From contig OZ024765.1 of the NCBI GenBank assembly GCA_964016885.1, forward strand, positions 9,982,001 through 10,046,000: 64,000 bases of DNA, given 5' to 3'. The position numbers and the translations under genes are program-made. The notes beneath the pieces are model-generated. The model saw only the letters and a program-made list of their open reading frames with translations, did no database searches and was not told the origin of the DNA. The stretch comes from Eledone cirrhosa (taxonomy: Eukaryota). Shown here piece after piece: positions 42,857-56,001 of this stretch (position 1 is the first letter of the stretch; each line of letters begins with the position of its first letter).

Positions 42857-44175
42857 CTGGATATGAGGCCCAGGCCAGATGTGAATTGTAGGCCCCAAAC
42901 CAAGCAGGTAATAAGGTCCAGCACAGGTGTGAAATATAGGCCCATGCAAAGCTGGTAATAAGGACCAGGCCAGATGTGAATGTAGGCCCATGCAAAGCTG
43001 GTAATAAGGCCCAGGCCTGATGTGCAATGTAGGTCATGCAAAACTGGTAATAAGGCCCAGGCCTGATGTGGAATGTAGGTCATGCAAAACTGGTAATAAG
43101 GCCCAGGCCTGATGTGGAATGTAGGCCCATGCCAAGCTGGTAATAAGGCCCAGGCCTGATGTGCAATGTAGGTCATGCAAAGCTGGTAATAAGGCCCAGG
43201 CCTGATGTGCAATGTAGGTCATGCAAAGCTGGTAATAAGGCCCAGGCCTGATGTGCAATGTAGGTCATGCAAAACTGGTAATAAGGCCCAGGCCTGATGT
43301 GGAATGTAGGCCCATGCCAAGCTGGTAATAAGGCCCAGGCCTGATGTGCAATGTAGGTCATGCCAAGCTGGTAATAAGGCCCAGGCCTGATGTGAATGTA
43401 GGCCCATGCAAAGCTGGTAATAAGGCCCAGGCCAGATGTGAATGTAGGCCCATGCAAAGCTGGTAATAAGGTCCAGGCCTGATGTGCAATGTAGGCCCAT
43501 GCAAAACTGGTAATAAGGCCCAGGCCTGATGTGGAATGTAGGCCCATGCCAAGTTGGTAATAAGGCCCAGGCCTGATGTGCAATGTAGGTCATGCAAAGC
43601 TGGTAATAAGGTCCAGGCCTGATGTGAATGTAGGCCCATGCAAAACTGGTAATAAGGCCCAGGCCTGATGTGGAATGTAGGCCCATGCCAAGTTGGTAAT
43701 AAGGCCCAGGCCTGATGTGCAATGTAGGTCATGCAAAGCTGGTAATAAGGCCCAGGCCTGATGTGCAATGTAGGTCATGCCAAGCTGGTAATAAGGCCCA
43801 GGCCTGATGTGAATGTAGGCCCATGCAAAGCTGGTAATAAGGCCCAGGCCTGATGTGCAATGTAGGCCCATGCAAAACTGGTAATAAGGCCCAGGCCTGA
43901 TGTGCAATGTAGGTCATGCAAAACTGGTAATAAGGCCCAGGCCTGATGTGCAATGTAGGCCCATGCCAAGTTGGTAATAAGGCCCAGGCCTGATGTGCAA
44001 TGTAGGTCATGCAAAACTGGTAATAAGGCCCAGGCCTGATGTGGAATGTAGGCCCATGCCAAGCTGGTAATAAGGCCCAGGCCTGATGTGAATGTAGGCC
44101 CATGCAAAACTGGTAATAAGGCCCAGGCCTGATGTAAAATATAGGCCCATGCCAAGCTGGTAATAAGGCTCAAGC
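42857..44175. repeat. 46-47-bp minisatellite (about 28 copies)
   Basis: Unit ctggtaataaggcccaggcctgatgtgcaatgtaggtcatgcaaag. Confidence 0.95.
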
Positions 44176-44181
44176 TGGATG

Positions 44182-44230
<49 letters not shown>

Positions 44231-45090
44231 ATCCTGTTTAAGGTGAAAGCAGAAATTCCTTGCTTAAACTTTAATCTATACTAATAATAAATATTTTCTC
44301 TACAGGTTTCATCATCATTCATCATTTCATTTTATGTCCACTTTTCCCTGCTTGCAAGGGTGGGACGGGAACTGATTCTGGCTTGATTTCTACAGCTGGA
44401 TGCCCTTCCTAACACCAACCTCATTTACAGTAGTGCTATATATATATATCCACATACAATATATATATATCCACATACTATATATATATATCCACATACA
44501 ATCCTTATCGAGCCCTCTTCAGACTTTGGTCTTTGTATTCATTATTACTATGTATATATAGGGTGGTGGAGTATCAGTAGAGGGGCGGACACCATGATTT
44601 GCATCATAGAGTTACGCCCATTTATGGTCTGAGTTCAAATCCCGCTGAGGTTAATTTTGCCTTTCATCCTTACGGGGTCGATAAAATAAAGTACCAGTAA
44701 TGTACTGAGTAATTGCTGGCCTTGTGCCAAAAATAGAAACAATTATTACTATATATATATATATATATATATATAGGGAAATGTTTAACCCCGACGGCAG
44801 AGCTCAGGCCGTTTCGACGGCTATTTCTGGACTATTTCAGTCCAGAAATAGCCGTCAAAACAGCTTGAGCTCTGCCGTCGGGGTTAAACATTTTCCTATT
44901 ACCCACTCTACTACCCTAAGTATTGAGTACTCTGGTGCTTTATGGTCCATCTGGTTCCTTACCACACCTCCTTCATTATATATACAACTAATGTACCAAG
45001 TATATTCTTAAAAATAAACAGAACAGAATGATTATCTCCCTTTGTCTCTAAGTGAAAGGATGGGGTTGGGGGAGGGGAAGGTTGGTCCCT

Positions 45091-45182
45091 TTAAAATTGA
45101 TTGTCCTTTTCTTTCATGGCTTCAGGGAGTTTTACCACTTTGATGTTCAATAGGTGGTTCTTTAGCTTCAGTATTTTTCGTA
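45091..45182 (-). CDS. Probable terminal exon ([30 protein letters not shown])
   Basis: Long polypyrimidine tract plus ttttgcag acceptor at 45183; open in the expected phase to TAA at 45093-45091; no motif support. Confidence 0.6.
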
Positions 45183-47774
45183 CTGCAAAAGAAAAGAAGG
45201 AAAAAAAAAGAGAAAGAAAAAAGTTAGACATTGATGACAAAGTCAGGGTCGGACGCTATGCTTTGCAGCATAGAGTTACGTCCCTTTACTGTCTGAGTTA
45301 AAATTCCACCGAGGTTAGCTTTGCTAGGAAAATATACATAATTTAAGAATGTATATTTTCCTGTATATTATTTGCTCTATCATCATCATCATCATCATCA
45401 TCATCGTTTAACGTCCATGTTCCATGCTTGCATGGGTTTGGATGGGAGTTTTCCCACTTGAGGCAAGAGTGGTTGTCTTGCTCGCATAGGACTGTCTGGC
45501 GGGTTTTCTACAGCTGGATGCCCTTCCTAACACCAACCACATTTACAGTGTGGGGCTGGGAGGTTTTTACCGTGTTGCCTACACGGCCACATTACAGCGT
45601 GGACTGTCTGGCGGGTTTTCTACAGCTGGATGCCCTTCCTAACACCAACCACATTTACAGTGTGGGGCTGGGAGGTGTTTACCGTGTTGCCTACACGGTC
45701 ACATTACAGCGTGGACTGTCTGGCGTGTTTTCTACAGTTGGATGCCCTTCCTAACACCAACCACATTTACAGTGTGGGGCTGGGAGGTTTTTACCGTGTT
45801 GCCTACACGGCCACATTACAGCGTGGACTGTGTGTTTTTTGTCGTGACACCTACACGATCTCATTTGTTTCGGCCTGGATGTTGTGGCACCAACATAACT
45901 TTGCATTGAAAGGGGCGGTGTGGATGGGGTGGGTGTGTGTGTGTGTGTGTGGGGGGGGGGGGGGGGTTATTCTGTTAGAGATGCCTACTGACTGTAGTAG
46001 GTTTTACTTTGTATTTAGGTAAGGCGGGTCTTCTCTGTTACTGAGTACCGCCAAAGGTCTCGGTCCAGTGACATTGTCTTGGAGAGGTGTAAGTGTGTGA
46101 GGTTGGAATTTATCAGCTCGTCCCAGGTTTTCCTGGGTCTGCCTACTCCGTAGTTACCATCTATCTTTATTGCCCTGCACTTTGTTATACAGCTGTCATC
46201 TTTCATGCGCATCACGTGACCATACCAACGTAGCCTTCTCTCGAGTAAACAACATCTGATCCCTCTTATTTCTAATGTAAATGTGGTTGGTGTTAGGAAG
46301 GGCATCCAGCTGTAGAAAACCCGCCAGACAGTCCACACTGTAATGTGGCCGTGTAGGCAACACGGTAAAAACCTCCCAGCCCCACACTGTAAACGTGGTT
46401 GGTGTTAGGAAGGGCATCCAGCTGTAGAAAACCCGCCAGACAGTCCACGCTGTAATGTGGCCATGTAGGCAACACGGTAAAAACCTCCCAGCCCCACACT
46501 GTAAATGTGGTTGGTGTTAGGAAGGGCTTCCAGCTGTAGAAAACCCGCCAGACAGTCCTATGCGAGCAAGACAATCACTCTTGCCTCAAGTGGGAAAACC
46601 CCCGTCCAAACCCATGCAAGCGTGGAACACGGACGTTAAACGTTGATGATGATGATGATGATGATGATATATGTATATATTATGTAGTTATATTTTGTGT
46701 TCACTTTCTAATTAAAAAATATATATATACTGTATATACATATATATATATCTATATATATATATATACTCTAATTTATATCATCATCATCATCGTTTAG
46801 CGTGAAAGATGGACATTAAACGATCATGATGATGATCATATATATTAATGTGTTAGTTAATATATATTAATTTGTTAGTTAATCACCAACATGTTAGTAT
46901 GCAGGTGCATCTGATTATATATATTAACAACATAAACCTACCTTTGCTCTCACACAACATCTTTGTGCAGGTAACAACATTGTTGCTGCGACAGTTGCAT
47001 GTGTTGCAGTCATCTTTGAAGCTGTTGCCAACTGCATACACTTTATTCTTGTACACACACACTTTACTTGTAACATCATCTGTACAGAAAAGAAACATTA
47101 CATCATCTCATTAACATATCATTAACATATCATTAACATATCTAGTGCCAGATTTAGAACAAATGAGGCCCTGTGTTAGTTCACCTTCAGGCTCATTATG
47201 TCACCAATAGAGTAATCTCATCTTAATACATAATACAGTGTAAAGGGCAGGAATTCACAAAATAATTCAGCGTGCTAAAGGTTAAGCTATGAGGCCTCTT
47301 ATAAAAAATTCATCGTAAAAAATCGGGGGAGGGGCGTGTTAGGAAGCTGCACCCTCCCTCCTACCAATGGGTCCCTGTGCTTAAGCACGCCTAAGCACAA
47401 TGGTAAATCTAGCAATGAACATATCATTAGCATATCATTACAAGCCTTTAGGCACTAAAGGGCTTTCGTGGCTTAACCCTTTAGCATTTACATTACTCTA
47501 TATTTACTATTGTATTTTCACAGTAAAGGCTTTATCTCACATAATATCAAATCTATAGGATTTTGATGTTATTCATTTTGAGAACGATACCTTAATGTCA
47601 GTATGAGCAGCCAGTTATGGCCAGTTTGAACAAAAAGAGGTGAGAGAATTCTGGCCGGATATGGCCAGTTTAAATGCTAAAGGCATTTTTATGAACCACG
47701 TCCAATATTTGCGGTTTTTCACTCTTCACAGGTGCTCTAGGAACATAACCCCCAGCGAATGGTGGGGACAACTG

Positions 47775-47843
<69 letters not shown>

Positions 47844-48295
47844 AAAAAAGATGAAATCGAAAATGCAACTGGAGTCTTTTTTTTTTTACATATATATTTG
47901 TGAGAAAAACCATCTCAATTCTACTTTTGAAAAGCAGAACTGCGAAACCGGTAAAGGAACCAAATAAATATATTTTAAAAAAAAAGACTCCAGTTGCATT
48001 TTCGATTTCATTTTTTTTCCTTATACTTTCACTCGTGTAGGACACCTCGGTTATTTTTCATTTTGTAAAAAAAACCTCACTTTCTAATATATATGTATAT
48101 ATATATATCCTTCTTATACCTAGTTTCTCTCTCAACTCATCTATGCTTGGTCATTCATGTACATTGACATTACACATCCAATGGAGCATGCTTGCTTCAT
48201 TTCTCTCTAGCCGTCGCAAATCCTCTGCAGTTGGCTGGAGAGAAATGAGGCAAGCATGCTCCGTTGCTGTATATATATATACACACATATATATG

Positions 48296-48331
<36 letters not shown>

Positions 48332-48553
48332 TATATATGTGTGTATATATATATATACAGCAACGGAGCAAGATAATAATAAATGGAAACTTTATTTATA
48401 AAACCATATTTATTTTATTATATATATTTCAAGAGCGACGAAGCCTAACTTGGTGCGCTTTCATCAGATAAAATACAAAATTTGTTTTATAAATAATGAC
48501 ATACCCATGGAAATCCCACCTTAACAGCTTAACAGTCCGAAATTCGCTGGATA

Positions 48554-48630
<77 letters not shown>

Positions 48631-48851
48631 AAGGTTAAACAAGGTTCAATGAATAAATCAAAGAATGAGTTTTACAATAGATTGTTCACTACCATGACTG
48701 AATCTTAACCATCTACTATGTCAGGGTATGTCATGCATCATCTTATTTTATCTGATGAAGACGTACTGTTAAAGATAGCTCAGTACCTCTGAAATATGTA
48801 TAATAAAATATACTTGATCACACGAATGTCTATTTTTGTTAATATTTTGAA

Positions 48852-48892
<41 letters not shown>

Positions 48893-49067
48893 TGTGCATA
48901 TATACATATATATATATATATGTACATATATATATAAATGTATAACATCTCTGTCTGATGAACGATCCAGACATATATTAATATTGTCTGGGATCCTGAA
49001 ACTTTTGGTAATGGAGTAGTTATATTTTGTGTTGTTCACTTTCTAGTTTAAAAAAAAATATATATAT

Positions 49068-49103
<36 letters not shown>

Positions 49104-49559
49104 GTATCTAGGGCAGGTAAAATTCCTGAGATCCATGGGCGAGTTCTCTCCAGCTGTCTCTGTCCCTCATTATCACTGCCATGTCCTGCGTCTCCAACAG
49201 ACCAGTGTCTGTCCTTAGGGCATCAACATATGTTAACCTTGGTCTTCCTCTTCCAGTGTGTCCATGTAGGGGCTCTCACAGGAGCACTGAGTGCAATGTC
49301 AACTCTGGATGTCGGTGAGCATGTCTAGCTAACCTCAGTCTCCTCTGTGTCACTTTTGAGCTGACTTTTGGGAGGCTCCCGTACAGCTCTGAGTTCTTCA
49401 TCCTCAGTGTATACTGATTAATGTTCAGAGCCATCCTCAGCATTCTCGTGTAGCACCCATCCACCATCTGAGTGAGCTTCTTGGTCAGTGTCCAAGTCTC
49501 AGACCCGTACAGCAACACAGACTCCACTACAGCAATGAAGAGGCGGATTTTCAGGTCTT

Positions 49560-49595
<36 letters not shown>

Positions 49596-52500
49596 CTCTA
49601 ATTTATATCATCATCATCATTATCGTTTAGTGTGGAAGATGGATGTTAAATGATGACAATGATGATATATATATTAATTAGAGTATGTGTTAGTTAATCA
49701 CCAACATGTTAGTATGCAGGGTAAAGCACTCGACAAAGTATGCAGGTGCATCTGCTTATATATATAACAAAGTAAACCTACATTTGCTCTTACACAACAT
49801 CTTTGTGCAGGTAACAACATTGTTGCTGCGACAGTTGCATGTGTTGCAGTCATCTTTGAAACTGTTGCCAACTGCATACACTTTATTCTTGTACACACAC
49901 ACTTTACTTGTAACATCATCTGTACAGAAAAGAAACATTACATCATCTCATTAACATATCATTAACATATCATTAACATATCTAGTGCCAGATTTAGAAC
50001 AAATAAGGCCCTGTGCTAGTTCACCTTCAGGCTCATTATGTTACCAATAGAGTAATCTCACCGTAATACATAATACAGTACAAAGGGAAGCAATTCTCAA
50101 AACAATTCAGCGTGCTAAAGATTAAGTTATGAAGCCACTTGTAAAAAATTCATCGTAAAAAATCAGGGGAGGGGGGTGTTAGGAAGCTGCGCCCTCCCTC
50201 CTACCAACGGGGCCCTGTGCTTAAGCACGCCTAAGCACAATGGTAAATCTAGCAATGAACATATCATTAGCATATCATTACAAGCCTTTAGGCACTAAAG
50301 GGCTTTCGTGGCTTAACCCTTTAACTTATTTTACAAAGCTCAATATTAGTGGAAATTAAGTAGGGTTAGTTTATATTATGGGCGGTGGATTGGCAGTATC
50401 GGTAGAGAGTTGGACACTGTGCTTAGCAGAAAAGAGTTACGGCCCTTTATGATCTGAGTTCAAATCCCGCCGAGGTTAACTTTGCCTTTCATCCCTACGG
50501 GGTCAATAAAATAAAGTACCAGTAATGTACTGGGATAATTGCTGGTCTTGTGGCAAATGTAGAAACAATTATTAAGCCCAATATTAGTGGAAATTAACTA
50601 GGGGTTAGTTTATTTTATCAAACCCAATATTGGTGGAAATTAACTAGGGGTTAGCTTATTTTACCAAGTCCAATATTGGTGGAAATTAACTAGGGGTTAG
50701 CTTATTTTACCAAGCCCAATATTGGTGGAAATTAACTAGGGGTTAGTTTATTTTACCAAGCCCAATATTAGTGGAAATTAACTAGGGGTTAGCTTATTTT
50801 ACCAAGTCCAATATTGGTGGAAATTAACTAGGGGTTAGTTTATTTTACCAAGCCCAATATTGGTGGAAATTAACTAGGGGTTAGCTTATTTTACCAAGCC
50901 CAATATTAGTGGAAATTAACTAGGGGTTAGCTTATTTTACCAAGCCCAATATTGGTGGAAATTAACTAGGGGTTAGTTTATTTTACCAACCTCAATATTA
51001 GTGGAAATTAACTAAGGGTTAGTTTATTTTACCAACCTCAATATTAGTGGAAATTAACTAGGGGTTAGTTTATTTTAACAAGCCCAATATTAGTGGAAAT
51101 TAACTAGGGGTTAGTTTATTTTACCAAGCCCAATATTAGTGGAAATTAACTAGGGGTTAGTTTATTTTACCAAGCCCAATATTAATGGAAATTAACTAGG
51201 GGTTAGTTTATTTTACCAAGCCCAATATTAGTGGAAATTAACTAGGGGTTAGTTTATTTTACCAAGCCCAATATTAGTGGAAATTAACTAGGGGTTAGTT
51301 TATTTTACCAACCTCAATATTAGTGGAAATTAACTAGGGGTTAGCTTATTTTACCAAGCCCAATATTAGTGGAAATTAACTAGGGGTTAGTTTATTTTAC
51401 CAACCTCAATATTAGTGGAAATTAACTAGGGGTTAGCTTATTTTATCAACCTCAATATTAGTGGAAATTAACTAGGCGTTAGTTTATATTATTAAGCCAA
51501 ATATTAGTGGAAATTAACTAGGGGTTAACTTATTTTATCAACCTCAATATTAGTGGAAATTAACCCTTTAGCATTTAAACCAGCCATATCCGGCCAAACT
51601 TTTCTCACCTCTTTCTCTTAAAACTGGCTGTAACTGGCCACTCATACTGATGTTAAAGGTAATTTTCTCAAAATAAATAATATCAAAATCTCATAGATTT
51701 AATATTATGTGAGATATTATGTAAGGTAAAGTCTTTACCACAAAAATACAATAATATATATAGAGTAATGTAAATGTTAAAGGGTTAAGTAGGGTTAGTT
51801 TATATTCTTAAGCCCAATATTTGTGGAAATTAATTAAGGGTTAGTTTTTTTTTTACCAAGCCCAATATTTGTGGGAATTAAGCAGGTTTACTCACTTTTG
51901 TCATAGCAGAATTTCAGCGTACAGTGGACCATATCATTTTTACCACAGTAGCAATCATTGCAGGAATCATGGAAGTTTTCACCCTTCTTATAGTGTTTTC
52001 CTTTATAGTCACATGCCTGGCCAACTGAAATATAACAGACAGAAGAGGGTTGAGGGTTTGGTGTTGTTGGTAATGTGATCCAGTGATAGTGTTGTTTTGT
52101 ACTAAATGTTTATAGTATCTTTACTGGTGGACAGATTGTTGTGAAAATTTACAGTATTACAGTAAAGACTTTAATATCTAATGTGATGTAGTCATAGTGT
52201 TGTTTTGTACTAAATGTTTATAGTATCTTTACTGGTGGACAGATGGTTGTGAACATTTACAGTATTACAGTAAAGACTTTAATATCTAATGTGATGTAGT
52301 CATAGTGTTGTTTTGTACTAAATGTTTATAGTATCTTTACTGGTGGACAGATGGTTGTGAACATTTACAGTATTACAGTAAAGACTTTAATATCTAATGT
52401 GATGTAGTCATAGTGTTGTTTTGTACTAAATGTTTATAGTATCTTTACTGGTAGACAGATTGTTGTGAAAATTTACAGTATTACAGTAAAGACGTTAATG

Positions 52501-53430
52501 TTTAATGTGATGTAGTCATAGTGTTGTTTTGTACTAAATGTTTATAGTATCTTTACTGGTGGACAGATGGTTGTGAAAATTTACAGTATTAGAGTAAAGA
52601 CTTTAATATTTAATGTGATGTAGTCATAGTGTTGTTTTGTACTAAATATTTATAGTATCTTTACTGGTGGACAGATGGTTGCGAAAATTTACAGTATTAG
52701 AGTAAAGACTTTAATATTTAATGTGATGTAGTCATAGTGTTGTTTTGTACTAAATATTTATAGTATCTTTACTGGTGGACAGATGGTTGTGAAAATTTAC
52801 AGTATTAGAGTAAAGACTTTAATATTTAATGTGATGTAGTCATAGTGTTGTTTTGTACTAAATATTTATAGTATCTTTACTGGTGGACAGATTGTTGTGA
52901 AAATTTACAGTATTAGAGTAAAGACTTTAATATTTAATGTGATGTAGTCATAGTGTTGTTTTGTACTAAATATTTATAGTATCTTTACTGGTGGACAGAT
53001 GGTTGTGAAAATTTACAGTATTAGAGTAAAGACTTTAATATTTAATGTGATGTAGTCATAGTGTTGTTTTGTACTAAATATTTATAGTATCTTTACTGGT
53101 GGACAGATGGTTGCGAAAATTTACAGTATTAGAGTAAAGACTTTAATATTTAATGTGATGTAGTCATAGTGTTGTTTTGTACTAAATATTTATAGTATCT
53201 TTACTAGTTGACAGATTGTTGTGAAAATTTACAGTATTACAGTAAAGACTTTAATATTTAATATGATGCAGTGATAATGTCGTTTAGTATTTTTCATTGA
53301 ATGTCTTGCTAATGTGAATTGGTGCTGTACAGTGTGTTAAAAGTGAAATATGAAAAAGATACAAACTTGTTAATAGAGAGACCAGAAATACAACCAAGCA
53401 GCAGTTAAATGAAGATATTCTAGTCATCAT
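45091..53430 (-). CDS. Secreted three-domain pacifastin/VWC-like Cys-rich protein (putative serine protease inhibitor), 186 aa, 5 exons
   Basis: Exons 53430-53367, 52024-51896, 49919-49782, 47079-46942 and 45182-45091; all introns phase 1 with GT-AG; total 561 nt ending in TAA. Each domain reads C-x16-C-N-x-C-x-C-x7-C-T-x3-C. Confidence 0.85.
45380..46667. mobile_element. Head-to-head RTE 3' fragments with internal duplications
   Basis: Minus copy 45380-46275 encodes [22 protein letters not shown]; a plus-strand tail at 46276-46667 is its inverted copy. Related pieces at about 15770-16310, 27225-27570, 32665-33150 and 40785-41370. Confidence 0.8.
46942..47079 (-). CDS. Exon 4, domain 3 (near-identical duplicate of exon 3, ending MLCESK)
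   Basis: ORF 46883..47098; same splice sites; 3 nt differences from exon 3. Confidence 0.85.
47924..47956 (+). ncRNA. Minimal hammerhead, U3-A8 variant (second locus)
   Basis: ctt-TTGAAAA-gcag aa ctgc-GAAA-CCGG-TA-aag. Confidence 0.5.
48411..48475 (-). ncRNA. Minimal type I hammerhead ribozyme motif
   Basis: tattttat-CTGATGA-aagcgc..gctctt-GAAA-TATATA-TA-ataaaata. Confidence 0.72.
48744..48810 (+). ncRNA. Minimal type I hammerhead ribozyme motif
   Basis: tattttat-CTGATGA-aga(c)gtactg..cagtac(c)tct-GAAA-TATGTA-TA-ataaaata. Confidence 0.8.
48949..49016 (+). ncRNA. Minimal type I hammerhead ribozyme motif
   Basis: ctctgt-CTGATGA-a(c)gatcc agaca..tgtct(g)ggatc(c)t-GAAA-C ttttg G-TA-atggag. 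Confidence 0.68.
49110..49560 (-). mobile_element. RTE/RTEX-like LINE RT C-terminal fragment
   Basis: [40 protein letters not shown] with an in-frame stop. Confidence 0.85.
49782..49919 (-). CDS. Exon 3, domain 2 ([46 protein letters not shown])
   Basis: ORF 49756..49938; gtacag acceptor, GTAGGT donor. Confidence 0.88.
50379..50572 (+). mobile_element. Full-length family B SINE (other copies at about 24330-24445, 40130-40400, 44565-44750, 27960-28230)
   Basis: ggcggtggattggcagtatcggtagag...gagttcaaatcccgccgagg...gtagaaacaattatt. Confidence 0.8.
50575..51885. repeat. 46-bp minisatellite in intron 2 of the pacifastin-like gene
   Basis: Unit agcccaatattagtggaaattaactaggggttagtttattttacca. Confidence 0.95.
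51560..51788. mobile_element. piggyBac-like MITE inserted at a TTAA within the 46-bp satellite
   Basis: gaaa-TTAA-cccttt...aaaggg-TTAA-gtagggttag; TTAA target site duplicated. Confidence 0.82.
51896..52024 (-). CDS. Exon 2, domain 1 ([43 protein letters not shown])
   Basis: tttcag acceptor, GTGAGT donor, six Cys; not shown in this frame in the ORF track. Confidence 0.88.
52072..53285. repeat. 108-bp tandem repeat (about 11 copies) filling intron 1 of the pacifastin-like gene
   Basis: tagtgttgttttgtactaaa recurs at 52195, 52303, 52411 ... 52951. Confidence 0.95.
53367..53430 (-). CDS. Exon 1, signal peptide [21 protein letters not shown]
   Basis: ATG at 53430, hydrophobic core, donor GTTTGT; phase 1 matches the next exon. 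Confidence 0.75.
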
Positions 53431-53508
53431 GAACTTGGAAAGGGCTTTCCTTCGTTTGGTTTTCGTTTTCCAGGTAAACTAATACAGAAAAGAACTACCA
53501 CACTTCTG

Positions 53509-53516
53509 TTTTTATA
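53509..53516 (-). promoter_or_regulatory. Candidate TATA box of the pacifastin-like gene
   Basis: gggTATAAAAAcag about 80 nt upstream of the ATG. Confidence 0.55.
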
Positions 53517-53814
53517 CCCAACCTAAGGACAAAACAAGCATTTAGTAAATAACTTCATAATACCTATTGATATATTGTTGTATATAAATAATTATTTGTA
53601 AAAAAACCACTGTACGTTTTTCTCTGTGTGTACATTTGTCTGTGTGTGTGTGTGTGTGTCAGTGTATATGTGTGGGTGAGTGGGTATATATATATATTTA
53701 TAAATATACATATACACATATATATATACATATATAAATATATATCTACATATATATATACATATATCTACATATACAAATATATATCTACATATATATA
53801 CATATATCTACACA

Positions 53815-53894
<80 letters not shown>

Positions 53895-54097
53895 CACATA
53901 TATATACATATATTTATAGACATACATATATACATATATATATATATACATATATACACATATACATACATATATGTGTATATACACATATATACATATA
54001 TATATATACATATACATACATATATATATACATATACACATACAAACATATGTATATATATATGTACATATATATATTTATATACATATTTATATAT

Positions 54098-54209
<112 letters not shown>

Positions 54210-54323
54210 ATACACACATACATACAATAACAGTACATCTTGTAGGAAAACATCTGGTAGAAAAATGGAAAAGACAGAATACAAAAGCTGTCTTAATAGT
54301 AATGTTATTGTTGTTGTTATTGT

Positions 54324-54324
<1 letters not shown>

Positions 54325-54354
<30 letters not shown>

Positions 54355-54774
54355 ACTACTACTACTGCTGCTACTACTACTGCTAATAGAGCTACTACAA
54401 CTACTACTACTGCTGCTACTAGAGCTACTACTACTACTACTGCTGCTACTACTGCTACTACTAGAGCTACTACTACTACTACTACTTCTGCTACTACTGC
54501 TACTATTACTACTACTACCACTACTACTACTACCACTACCACTACTACTACTACTACTACTAGCACCACCACCACTACTACCACTACCACTACTACTACT
54601 AGCACCACCACCACTACTACCACTACCGCTACTACTACTACCACCACCACCACTACTACCACTACCACTACTACTACCACCAGCACCACTACTACCACTA
54701 CCACTACTACTACTACCAGCACCACTACTACCACTACCACTACTACTACCACCACCACTACTACTACCACTACC

Positions 54775-54806
<32 letters not shown>

Positions 54807-54939
54807 CACCACCACTACTACTACCACTACCACTACTACTACCACCAGCACCACTACTACCACTACCACTACTACTACTACCAGCACCACTACTACCACT
54901 ACCACTACTACTACCACCACCACTACTACTACCACTACC

Positions 54940-54971
<32 letters not shown>

Positions 54972-55029
54972 CACCACCACTACTACTACCACTACCACTA
55001 CTACTACTACCAGCACCACTACTACTACC

Positions 55030-55064
<35 letters not shown>

Positions 55065-55161
55065 CAGCACCACTACTACCACTACCACTACTACTACCAC
55101 CACCACCACCACCACTACTACCACTACCACTACCACTACTAGCACCACCACGACTACTACC

Positions 55162-55196
<35 letters not shown>

Positions 55197-55800
55197 CAGC
55201 ACCACTACTACCACTACCACTACTACTACTACCAGCACCACTACTACCACTACCACCACTACTACCACTACCACCACCACCACCACTACTACCACTACCA
55301 CTACCACTACTAGCACCACCACGACTACTACCGCTACTACTACTACTACTACCACCACCACCAATACTACCACTACCACTACTACTACTACCAGCACCAG
55401 CACCACTACTACCACTACTACTAGCACCACCACCACTACTACCACTACCACTACTACCACTACTACTAGCACCATCACCACTACTACCACTACCACCACC
55501 ACCACCACCACTACTACTACCACCACCACCACCACTACTACTACTACCACCACCACTACTACCACTACCACCACCACCACTACTACTACAACCACTACCA
55601 CTACTACTACCACCACCACCACCACCACCACCACTACCACTACTACTACCACTACTACCACCACCACCACCACCACCACCACTACTACTACAACCACTAC
55701 CACTACTACTACCACTACTACCACCACTACCACCACCACCACCACTACTACTACTACCACTACCACTACTACTATCACTACTACTACTACTACTGCTGTT
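54325..55800. repeat. (ACT/ACC)n trinucleotide array
   Basis: Direct reading. Confidence 0.95.
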
Positions 55801-55966
55801 GCTGCTGTCATTATTATTATTATTATTAAAAGCCTATTCAGCAGTCTCCCTCATCAACTGTTATGGAGTCATGTTTGATTGTTGACAAAATATCTTCAAC
55901 AGTTTTGAATAGTCTATTATTTCCAATATATATACACAATGTTCTATTATATATATATTTAATATA

Positions 55967-56001
<35 letters not shown>

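Noticed and set aside
42857-44175. Satellite unit resembling a tandem hammerhead (CTGATGT-gca..tgc-AAAA-CTG-GTA)
   Set aside because: A9 and G12 are wrong in every unit and no stem I forms
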